From Candidatus Oxydemutator sp. (GTDB lineage Bacteria > Pseudomonadota > Gammaproteobacteria > Poriferisulfidales > Oxydemutatoraceae): a DNA stretch of 64,000 nucleotides. Below, in pieces: positions 41,201-50,759 of this stretch. Each line of letters starts with the position of its first letter. Within the stretch, counting starts at the first letter, position 1. The notes under the pieces were generated by a model. The model was given only the letters and a program-made list of their open reading frames with translations, searched no databases and was not told the DNA's origin. Location: NCBI GenBank assembly GCA_965203445.1, contig OZ241883.1, forward strand, positions 96,001-160,000, read 5' to 3'. The position numbers and the translations under genes were made by a program.

Positions 41201-44200
41201 GGGATAGACCCCACCTGATGCGCGGGATCGGTATCCGACAACCGGTTCCCCCGCACGCGCGGGGATAGACCCTGAAGGTAAGAACCTGCCGCGCCGTGCT
41301 CGAGGGTTCCCCCGCACGCGCGGGGATAGACCCGAATGCCTTCGGCGTATTGATCAGGCGCCGTGGGTTCCCCCGCACGCGCGGGGATAGACCCACAAAC
41401 CCCGCCCTCACAATCGAAAACGACGCGGTTCCCCCGCACGCGCGGGGATAGACCCACAAACCCCGCCCTCACAATCGAAAACGACGCGGTTCCCCCGCAC
41501 GCGCGGGGATAGACCCCAGGTCGGGACTGGCGGCAGTACTACAACCCGGGTTCCCCCGCACGCGCGGGGATAGACCATCCGATCCCTGCGCGCCGTCGGC
41601 CTTGAAGTAGGTTCCCCCGCACGCGCGGGGATAGACCCGCCAATACGCCCCCCACGCGCGCGCGCCCAAGGGTTCCCCCGCACGCGCGGGGATAGACCCA
41701 TTATCCTGACAACATCGGCAGCAAATACGCCGGTTCCCCCGCACGCGCGGGGATAGACCTCACCGCCTGTTTTCTTCTCCGGGGCGCGCACAGGTTCCCC
41801 CGCACGCGCGGGGATAGACCCCTCCTCTTTCAGCGTCGCGACGCGCCAGGAGAGGTTCCCCCGCACGCGCGGGGATAGACCCTATTGACCATGGTGCCGG
41901 AGGGCACCCCTATAGGTTCCCCCGCACGCGCGGGGATAGACCCTCCTCGAGATACTCCATGCCCTTATCCCCCGGGGTTCCCCCGCACGCGCGGGGATAG
42001 ACCCAAATCAGGGCCTGCTTCTCGCTGTTCGCGCCGGGTTCCCCCGCACGCGCGGGGATAGACCCAAATCAGGGCCTGCTTCTCGCTGTTCGCGCCGGGT
42101 TCCCCCGCACGCGCGGGGATAGACCCGACGCAGGCCGGCGCGGCGGGCACCCAGGCGGGGTTCCCCCGCACGCGCGGGGATAGACCCTTGTGAGTATCCT
42201 GTGGATAAGCTGTTAGTCGGGTTCCCCCGCACGCGCGGGGATAGACCGCTATGAGATGCCGGATTCTTGGGCGTGTTCGGGGTTCCCCCGCACGCGCGGG
42301 GATAGACCCCGGCGCCCGACGGCAGCCGCTATCGCTACTTTGGTTCCCCCGCACGCGCGGGGATAGACCCGCCGTGCAGCTGCACTTCTTCCAGCGCGGC
42401 GCGGTTCCCCCGCACGCGCGGGGATAGACCTGTTGCAGGGCGTCGAGCAAAAGCGCGGCCTGAGGTTCCCCCGCACGCGCGGGGATAGACCCCGGTCGAG
42501 CGCCTGGCGGCCTTCGGTGGCATGGGTTCCCCCGCACGCGCGGGGATAGACCTGAAATATTCGGCGGCTGGATCAGGCCGCGCTTGGTTCCCCCGCACGC
42601 GCGGGGATAGACCCTACAGCGGCAAGTCTTTTATGCCCTTTCAGTGGGTTCCCCCGCACGTGCGGGGATAGACCGGACTGGTCCCGTCTTACCGGCAATG
42701 TGCCGTGGGTTCCCCCGCACGCGCGGGGATAGACCCTGACGCGCAGTAGCAAGCTCCACCACAGCCTGGGTTCCCCCGCACGCGCGGGGATAGACCTCTG
42801 CGTCACGAGGAGCCTGGACACTTTACCTCGGTTCCCCCGCACGCGCGGGGATAGACCCCACGGCTGAAGCCAAGTCAGCCTCATCGAGAAGGTTCCCCCG
42901 CACGCGCGGGGATAGACCTTTTACCCTCAGAAAACAAAAGCACAGCACGAGGGTTCCCCCGCACGCGCGGGGATAGACCAGATCCAGCTTGTTCGAGGCA
43001 ATAGCCACCTGGGGTTCCCCCGCACGCGCGGGGATAGACCTAGAGGGCCGTTGAGTCTTTCCCCCCGGAAACGGGTTCCCCCGCACGCGCGGGGATAGAC
43101 CTCTTGCCTTCAGAAAACAAAAGCACAGCACGAGGGTTCCCCCGCACGCGCGGGGATAGACCGTGATCGACTTGATAGACGCCGCCGCGGCTAAGGGTTC
43201 CCCCGCACGCGCGGGGATAGACCTCCGTCCTACAGCCTGGCCACCCTCGAGCAGGCGGTTCCCCCGCACGCGCGGGGATAGACCCTTGGGCAGAGCCGGT
43301 ATAGAGAGTATCTATGCGGTTCCCCCGCACGCGCGGGGATAGACCGGTAGCTACGCTGGTTGTTGCCGCGCTTGTGGCGGTTCCCCCGCACGCGCGGGGA
43401 TAGACCCGAGGCCGGCCCCGGAAAGCTCGGGCCGCAAGTGGTTCCCCCGCACGCGCGGGGATAGACCCGTGTACGACCTGCCGCCCAAGCGCACCGTCAG
43501 GGTTCCCCCGCACGCGCGGGGATAGACCCCGAAGCCGCGGTAGGGCACCAGCGCGCCCGCGGGTTCCCCCGCACGCGCGGGGATAGACCCTTGCACGAGC
43601 CCCGCGACGGCGCGGTCGTGAGGGTTCCCCCGCACGCGCGGGGATAGACCCTTGTGCAGGGGCCGCCGGCCGGCGACGGATACGGTTCCCCCGCACGCGC
43701 GGGGATAGACCCCTGAAGCGCATGACCGCGGATTATCACGACCTGGTTCCCCCGCACGCGCGGGGATAGACCCCACCCTTCCCTTCCATCATCACCAGAC
43801 AGACGGGTTCCCCCGCACGCGCGGGGATAGACCCCTGAAAAGGAGAAAAAGGATGACAAACAACGAGGTTCCCCCGCACGCGCGGGGATAGACCTCGAGA
43901 AGCCGGCCCGGAATCCGACGCCCTCAGGGTTCCCCCGCACGCGCGGGGATAGACCCTTTCCGCGCACAGCGCGCCCGTACGCGTGCACGGTTCCCCCGCA
44001 CGCGCGGGGATAGACCCGCGAGCTGGTCTTCGATCCGCACGAGGATCTGGGTTCCCCCGCACGCGCGGGGATAGACCTATCACCGGCAGCGCCGGCGATC
44101 AGCAAACGCAGGTTCCCCCGCACGCGCGGGGATAGACCCTCCAAGTCGCACGCGCGCGCAACTCTGCGTGAGGTTCCCCCGCACGCGCGGGGATAGACCC

Positions 44201-47200
44201 TCCAAGTCGCACGCGCGCGCAACTCTGCGTGAGGTTCCCCCGCACGCGCGGGGATAGACCCTTTCGCCGCTGCGCCCGGACGCGGTGCTGACCGGTTCCC
44301 CCGCACGCGCGGGGATAGACCCGCGGACAGAGTTGACGGCCTCGAGCGCGAGACGGTTCCCCCGCACGCGCGGGGATAGACCCGAGGGCGCGATCGCGCG
44401 CGCGCTGCCCGGCGAGGTTCCCCCGCACGCGCGGGGATAGACCGTATGACGCGCTCAGCGGCTTTCCGATGGGTGCGGTTCCCCCGCACGCGCGGGGATA
44501 GACCTTGACGAGGCCGCGCTGCGGCGCTGGGCGGTCTGGTTCCCCCGCACGCGCGGGGATAGACCTTTCCTGAAAGAACGGAAGCCAGCAAGGCCAAGGG
44601 TTCCCCCGCACGCGCGGGGATAGACCCCCTGCTAAGCAGTTTATTTTTGATCTTGAGCTGGTTCCCCCGCACGCGCGGGGATAGACCGGCTGCGGGCGAT
44701 TTTCTTTTCCGCAAGCGTGGGGTTCCCCCGCACGCGCGGGGATAGACCCGTGAGCTGACGACGGAGCGGCGAAAGCCGAAAGGTTCCCCCGCACGCGCGG
44801 GGATAGACCCGCAGCACGCACTCAACCCGGCGCGCCGGCGGTGGTTCCCCCGCACGCGCGGGGATAGACCCGTCTGCGGCTCGCGCTCGCCGGGCCAGCG
44901 CACGGTTCCCCCGCACGCGCGGGGATAGACCGTGGTCGGGACCGACGACGGCGCGCGGTTCGCGCGGTTCCCCCGCACGCGCGGGGATAGACCCGGGTGG
45001 GCGCCGGCGGCGCTCAGGCGCTACGTGGTTCCCCCGCACGCGCGGGGATAGACCCCAGGCGTTCGGCCAGGCGCACACGCCGTTTTAGGTTCCCCCGCAC
45101 GCGCGGGGATAGACCCCAGCTCTTTGAAGTGATCCTCCGGATAGTCCGGGTTCCCCCGCACGCGCGGGGATAGACCCTGATGATCCGCCCGACCGCCGAG
45201 CAGGCGCGGGGTTCCCCCGCACGCGCGGGGATAGACCTCGCGCGCCTTGTATCCCATGCCCTCTATAATCGGTTCCCCCGCACGCGCGGGGATAGACCCT
45301 TTCTCCCAAAACCTTGTGCGCCGCGAAGCCCGGTTCCCCCGCACGCGCGGGGATAGACCTCTTCCGAGCGGTTGTGGGGCCGGGGCGGCAAGGGTTCCCC
45401 CGCACGCGCGGGGATAGACCCAGGCGCCGTGGGCGCCCCATCATCGGCGACGCGGTTCCCCCGCACGCGCGGGGATAGACCCTCGTTCAGGTCATCCGAA
45501 AAAGCATAGCAACAGGTTCCCCCGCACGCGCGGGGATAGACCTGCCCGCCGGCACGTTGCGGGGCACGTCGCGGGGGTTCCCCCGCACGCGCGGGGATAG
45601 ACCATAAACATTGAAAAACTCACGCATGGTTGGATTGGTTCCCCCGCACGCGCGGGGATAGACCTTAAAAATTTCATCGAATACTCCATAAATCAACGGT
45701 TCCCCCGCACGCGCGGGGATAGACCATAATGGCAGATTTTAATTCTGCTTCTGCATCAGGTTCCCCCGCACGCGCGGGGATAGACCCTGCCCCGCCGAAA
45801 CGACGCCGTATTTCCATTTGGTTCCCCCGCACGCGCGGGGATAGACCTTATTATAGCCGCCCTGGAGGAAGGGTGCTTAGGGTTCCCCCGCACGCGCGGG
45901 GATAGACCCTTTCTTAGCTCTCCCGGACGGACTTTCTAATTGGTTCCCCCGCACGCGCGGGGATAGACCTCAATCGAAAAGGCCTTTTGCGATTGGAAAT
46001 TCGGTTCCCCCGCACGCGCGGGGATAGACCCGAAATCTTGCAGCAACCCGGCACACTTCTACCGGTTCCCCCGCACGCGCGGGGATAGACCCAGGGGCGA
46101 GTCGTAGCAGCTCACCCTGCCTGGGGTTCCCCCGCACGCGCGGGGATAGACCCTTGCCGCTGAATCTCTCCGGGATCTCCCCGGCGGTTCCCCCGCACGC
46201 GCGGGGATAGACCCGCGCCCGCTGAGCTTCAAAAAATCCTGGCTGGGGTTCCCCCGCACGCGCGGGGATAGACCTTTGGCAGGCAACGAGAGCGCCGGCT
46301 ACGCGCGGGTTCCCCCGCACGCGCGGGGATAGACCGTGAAACGGACGGCGACAATCAAAGAGTCCTCGGGTTCCCCCGCACGCGCGGGGATAGACCATTG
46401 AAACTGATAAAACAGTAGCGGGCTTAGTTGGTTCCCCCGCACGCGCGGGGATAGACCCGCGGTTTTGATAAACCGGGTTAGCGCTATCATGGTTCCCCCG
46501 CACGCGCGGGGATAGACCCGGCGGCTATCACTAACTAAAAGGTGAAAAAATGGTTCCCCCGCACGCGCGGGGATAGACCTCGGTTTTCCTGCATTTCTGC
46601 CAGCGCGTATAGGGTTCCCCCGCACGCGCGGGGATAGACCCGAGCTGGAATACTTGTGGTGGGAAATAGACACGGTTCCCCCGCACGCGCGGGGATAGAC
46701 CTTGAATAATAGTTTGGAAGTGTTGAAAGATATTGGTTCCCCCGCACGCGCGGGGATAGACCGTCATATGCCAATAACGGATGCCACGCGATACCGGTTC
46801 CCCCGCACGCGCGGGGATAGACCCGAAAGAAATATCTCGTGCGTGCCGCCGGGCGAGGTTCCCCCGCACGCGCGGGGATAGACCCGTAACGCTGGCGGGG
46901 CGCCCCACGATCGTCGCGGTTCCCCCGCACGCGCGGGGATAGACCCGGGCGGTGCGCTTCAAGCACGGCGGCGCTTGGGGTTCCCCCGCACGCGCGGGGA
47001 TAGACCGAAATATCTCTCGATCCAGGTCTGCGCGCGCGAGGTTCCCCCGCACGCGCGGGGATAGACCCTTTGGCCAATGAGCAGCGCCACCCAACCGCAA
47101 GGTTCCCCCGCACGCGCGGGGATAGACCCAATAATCACAGTACCGATCCCGATAAGTAACTGGTTCCCCCGCACGCGCGGGGATAGACCCTTCGCAAATC

Positions 47201-47311
47201 CCGATATTCTCGTTCTGTAAAAGGTTCCCCCGCACGCGCGGGGATAGACCCACGACAAGGGCATGATCGAGCACATCAGTGGCGGTTCCCCCGCACGCGC
47301 GGGGATAGACC
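38212..47311 (+). CRISPR. Type I-E array, 150 repeats / 149 spacers
   Basis: 28-nt repeat GGTTCCCCCGCACGCGCGGGGATAGACC with 61-nt period; 33-nt spacers (one 34-nt, 44932-44965); two truncated repeats (39493, 39548) and one loop variant (42661). Confidence 0.99.
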
Positions 47312-47526
47312 TGATGCGTAGCATCGTCTTGTGGTTTGTCAGACGCGGGGTGGTGTTCTGGATTCTATTCTTTCCTTGCCTCTTCTCTCGTGGGCTGGAT
47401 CATCGTTGCCACACCAGCGATGCTCGATTTCACCAGTATAGCCAACTCCTTAGCAACTGAAACCGTAAAACGAAGTGTAGAAAGCCCATCCGAAAGAAGT
47501 CTCACCAGTATAGCCAACTCCCTAAA

Positions 47527-47823
47527 TCATTGAAAGACCTTCAGCGCAATGGCGATGAGCACCGCGGATTGAATGCCCGACACCCAGAATATGTACCTGA
47601 CCTGCGCCTTCAACACGGCGATGTCCGACCGCATGGCCGCCATCTCATCGCGCACGGCTGCAATTTCGTCGCGCACGGCTGCAATCTCCGTGGTGAACTT
47701 GCCGCTATCGCGGCTGCGGTCAACGACTAGGCTTATGGCTTTGGCTTGGTCATGCGTGAGGCCGACGGCCTCGAGCTCCTCGGCCGCGCCCAGGGTGTCG
47801 AAATGTCGGGCAGTCGCTTCCAT
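47527..47823 (-). CDS. DUF1640/CCDC90-like coiled-coil protein with C-terminal membrane anchor
   Basis: FDTL....L.AVGL...QAKAI head, EIAAVRD heptad repeats, hydrophobic tail; TGCTATAAT 7 nt before ATG. Confidence 0.75.
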   Translation of the reverse strand: MEATARHFDTLGAAEELEAVGLTHDQAKAISLVVDRSRDSGKFTTEIAAVRDEIAAVRDEMAAMRSDIAVLKAQVRYIFWVSGIQSAVLIAIALKVFQ

Positions 47824-47924
47824 GGGGCAGATTATAGCAGATTGGCGGCGGCCGGGAAAAACGGTGTACGGGGCCACCACATTCTGGACAAATGGGGTAG
47901 TTGTTTTTGGATGGCTAGTCACGG

Positions 47925-48944
47925 GGTGATATTCCCCAGGCTCCGGTGCGGGCGCTCGCCGTTGTAGCGTTCCAGATACCTGAACAACGCATCGTTGAAA
48001 GCATACAGATCATCAAATAATCTGTCTTCCCGGTAGTCCACGAACTCCTCCTGCACGGTTCTGTTGAAGCGCTCGCCCAGTGTTCATCTTTGGGCGTTCC
48101 TCTTCGGACAACGCGGGTAAGTGTAACAGTGTTCTATACCCGCACGCTTCAGGTATTCGTCGAACTCTCCCTGATACTCGCTGCCGTTGTCCGTCAGCAC
48201 TTTCTCGATGCGCCCCGGAAACAAGGGTTCCCTTCGCAAGCCTTAGGCTTGCTTGCCTCTTCGCAACCCCGGATGAGGAGCGTTCAATGGCTGCGTCGCG
48301 ACTGCTGGCGCGGCGACTGGCCAACGCCAACGCAGGACGACACTTCGGGAACGCCCGTGGGGGCGTTCCCTTGCTTTTGTTCTGGGCGAAGCGCACTATC
48401 GTATCAACCGCCACGCAATGGCCCGCATGCCCGGCATGGAAGTCTTTGCCCAAGCGCTGGCGCTGCTGGCGCTTGAACTCCTTGCGCCGACCGCGACTGT
48501 CCAGGCGAACCGCCACCTTGCGCAGTACGACACTTCGGGAACGCCCGTAGGGGCATTCCCTTGCCTTGGGGCACCATCAGGCGAGAGAGCAATCCCGCGC
48601 CGCACTCGAAGCGCATCCTACCTAAATTCGGATGGCGCTCACGCAAGCGTCTGATCTCTTGGACCACCGCCACCGGCCACCGCCGCACCCGCCTGTTCTT
48701 GGGCGCCTTGCTGACGTCGTGCAACCCACTGAGACCGCCTTCGCGGTGGCGCTTGCGCCATGCATACAGGGTGCTGCGCGAAACCCCGAAGGCGTCTTGG
48801 GTTGCAGGCAAGCCATGATTATCCCAGAATATGAGGGCGTCGTATTTGCGTTCGGCACTCGTTGCCATGAGCCTCCATTTTGAAAGCGTAGGAAGCTATT
48901 TTACGCAACCCTGGGACGCGGTAGCCGACGTGCTTTATTTGCAT
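47925..48944 (-). pseudogene. IS481-family DDE transposase, frameshifted
   Basis: HTH AFGVSRSTLYAW, VAVDT, VLTDNGSEY, ERFNRTVQEEF, YNGERPHRSLG spread over different frames. Confidence 0.85.
48331..48575. repeat. Two REP-like hairpin copies inside the transposase (48331-48374, 48521-48575)
   Basis: CGCAG(G/T)ACGACACTTCGGGAACGCCCGT(G/A)GGGGC(G/A)TTCCCTTGC twice; reverse complement of the units at 22717-22836. Confidence 0.85.
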
Positions 48945-49046
48945 GTCGGCTACCTTTCTGCGGCTAAGATATTGTCCAGAATGTTTCTGGCCCTATACAG
49001 GTCCGCTGCCGGATATGCCGGGGGATGCTATAATCCCTCCCCGATC

Positions 49047-49289
49047 ATGAGCACAATAGCCCTCTACCAACTGCTCAGGCGCATACCCGACGTCACCGAA
49101 GACGAGGCGCAGGCCGCGGCAGACTCGATTGCCCATGTCGACGAGGTGGCGACCAAAACCGATTTGCTCAAATTAAAAACTGAGCTCAAAGACGAGATGC
49201 ACATCCTTGAGACGAAGCTGATCAAGCTGATACTCGGCTCTGCCGGCTTTGTTGTCATCGCGGTCAGCACAATAGTGAAGCCCACCTGA
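49047..49289 (+). CDS. Small coiled-coil protein with C-terminal TM (DUF1640/CCDC90-like)
   Basis: MSTIALYQLLRRIPDVTEDEAQAAADSI...VATKTDL, hydrophobic tail; paralog of 15963-16196. Confidence 0.78.
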   Translation: MSTIALYQLLRRIPDVTEDEAQAAADSIAHVDEVATKTDLLKLKTELKDEMHILETKLIKLILGSAGFVVIAVSTIVKPT

Positions 49290-49567
49290 TATGCGCCGCC
49301 GGTGGCGCCCGGCGCAGGCCTTCCATCCTCTCGGCCGCCCGAACCGTCGAACTCCGACGACCTGTAGCATTCCCGAAAATGCTTGTTTTGCGCGACATCC
49401 TCAATTCCGGGGATAGGTATCTGTGCTTGTACTTCCACCGGTATAGCCCCATTGAACGCAGTAGTTGTAGCCGGGCAGCCGTCTTTTACAGTACTGGGTT
49501 CCCGAAGGGACTCATATACAACAATGCACCAAAACCAGGGGAATAAGTTTGCGGCAAGTGCGACGTT

Positions 49568-50197
49568 TTAATAGTCATATGAGAAGGCTTCGATATCCCT
49601 TGCAAAACAGCGGCGCACGACGTCTATGCCGGCGTCGTCGTAATAGTCCCGGTAGTGGCCGCGTTGCGACGCGTTGACGTGGGGTAGGACGGGCGCGGTC
49701 ATCCGTCTATTAAAAACATGACCGCATATCGTCGCAAAGTCGTCGTTCAAATTCTCGAAACGGGCGACAAACGTGACCAGGACCTTGCCGTCTTCGTCGC
49801 TGATCCAATCCATGCAGGGCATGAACATCTTGGGATTGTCGTAGTAGCGGGAATCGCGCCTGCCGTAGGCCAACTCGACCCAGCGGTTGAAGGGCACGGG
49901 CTTGGTCTCGAGCAGCGTCGCGTCCTTGCCGAGACGGTAATGATAATGGGAAACCACCCTGTCGAACGGATTGCGCACCACCGCAAACGTATATTTCCGG
50001 CACCACCGTCGCAGGCCGATCCTGGCAATCTTCTCGCGCGCGGTGACGTGCTCAAACGGTATTTTCAGAGCCGACTCGATACTGCGTCCGGCGGTCTTGT
50101 TGATGTGGATGAAGGCAAAATCGTCGAAGCGCTCGTGGCGCCACCTGCTCGCGGCGTCCTGCCAACGGCGGATTCTTTGCGCGCGAAATAACTTCAT
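49568..50197 (-). CDS. Sulfotransferase (Sulfotransfer_2 family)
   Basis: FIHINKTAGRSI, FAVVRNPFDRVVSHY, RFENL, DIEAFSY. Confidence 0.87.
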   Translation of the reverse strand: MKLFRAQRIRRWQDAASRWRHERFDDFAFIHINKTAGRSIESALKIPFEHVTAREKIARIGLRRWCRKYTFAVVRNPFDRVVSHYHYRLGKDATLLETKPVPFNRWVELAYGRRDSRYYDNPKMFMPCMDWISDEDGKVLVTFVARFENLNDDFATICGHVFNRRMTAPVLPHVNASQRGHYRDYYDDAGIDVVRRCFARDIEAFSYDY

Positions 50198-50323
50198 CGG
50201 CTGGCGTGTCCGCGTCCATCGCGGATACTCGCGCCATTATCGCACGCATCCACCCATTCGCTGCCCGTCGCCGTCGCCCTCCCGTGCGCGCGACGGCGCG
50301 AAATTGTGCGATAATGGCGCGCC

Positions 50324-50728
50324 ATGTATCCCCTGATAAACGACGCGCACGCACAGGCCGGCGCGACCGGTTCGGCCGGCATGGAGTTGCTGATCATGGT
50401 CGGCATCTTCTTCCTGATCATGTATTTCATGATCATCCGCCCGCAGAACAAGCGCAACCGCGAGCACAAGCAGCTGCTGGCGTCGCTGTCGCGCGGCGAC
50501 GAAATCGTCACCTCCGGCGGTCTGTTCGGGAAAATATCGCAGGTCGAGGAAAGCTTCGTGCGCCTCGAGGTACAAAAAGGCATCGAGGTGAAGGTGCAGA
50601 AACAGGCGATCAACTCGGTCATGCCGAAAGGAACGTTCGGCGAAGAAACCGGCAAGGAAGCCGCCGCCGGCAAGAAGACGTCCGCCAGGCCCTCCGCCAA
50701 AAATACCCCCGCGAAAGACGGGCGCTGA
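50324..50728 (+). CDS. yajC: Preprotein translocase subunit YajC
   Basis: YFMIIRPQNKR, GDEIVTSGGLFGKI; upstream of secD. Confidence 0.96.
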   Translation: MYPLINDAHAQAGATGSAGMELLIMVGIFFLIMYFMIIRPQNKRNREHKQLLASLSRGDEIVTSGGLFGKISQVEESFVRLEVQKGIEVKVQKQAINSVMPKGTFGEETGKEAAAGKKTSARPSAKNTPAKDGR

Positions 50729-50759
50729 CGGCGCCGCCCCGAAAGCGTCGGGACGAACC

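Larger units (their letters stand above)
47865..48999 (-). mobile_element. IS481-family insertion sequence, degenerate
   Basis: TGT...ACA ends with inverted repeats TGTACGGGGCCACCACATTCTGGACAA / TGTATAGGGCCAGAAACATTCTGGACAA; no clear target duplication. Confidence 0.85.
29419..50260. mobile_element. Genomic island carrying CRISPR-Cas, bounded by direct repeat CCACCCATTCG
   Basis: 11-bp repeat at 29419-29429 (just after the tgt stop) and 50250-50260 (before the yajC promoter); splits the conserved tgt-yajC junction; lower-GC cargo; no integrase seen. Confidence 0.65.

Noticed and set aside
44139-44232. Duplicated spacer contains CGCACGCGCG, like the repeat core
   Set aside because: A short GC-rich match with no hairpin arms; likely chance, though it could have aided slippage
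47365-47403. Micro-ORF MIQPTREEARKE with AGA/AGG codons as a CreT-like RNA toxin
   Set aside because: The rare codons are neither consecutive nor adjacent to the start, there is no clear SD, and no matching CreA-like guide was seen
38192-47460. Dozens of ORFs with GLSPRVRGN / SIPARAGEP / VYPRACGGT repeats
   Set aside because: These are translations of the CRISPR repeat in three frames, not proteins
49310-49567. Lower-GC stretch with short ORFs between the small gene and the sulfotransferase
   Set aside because: No recognisable motif, repeat or structure; left unannotated
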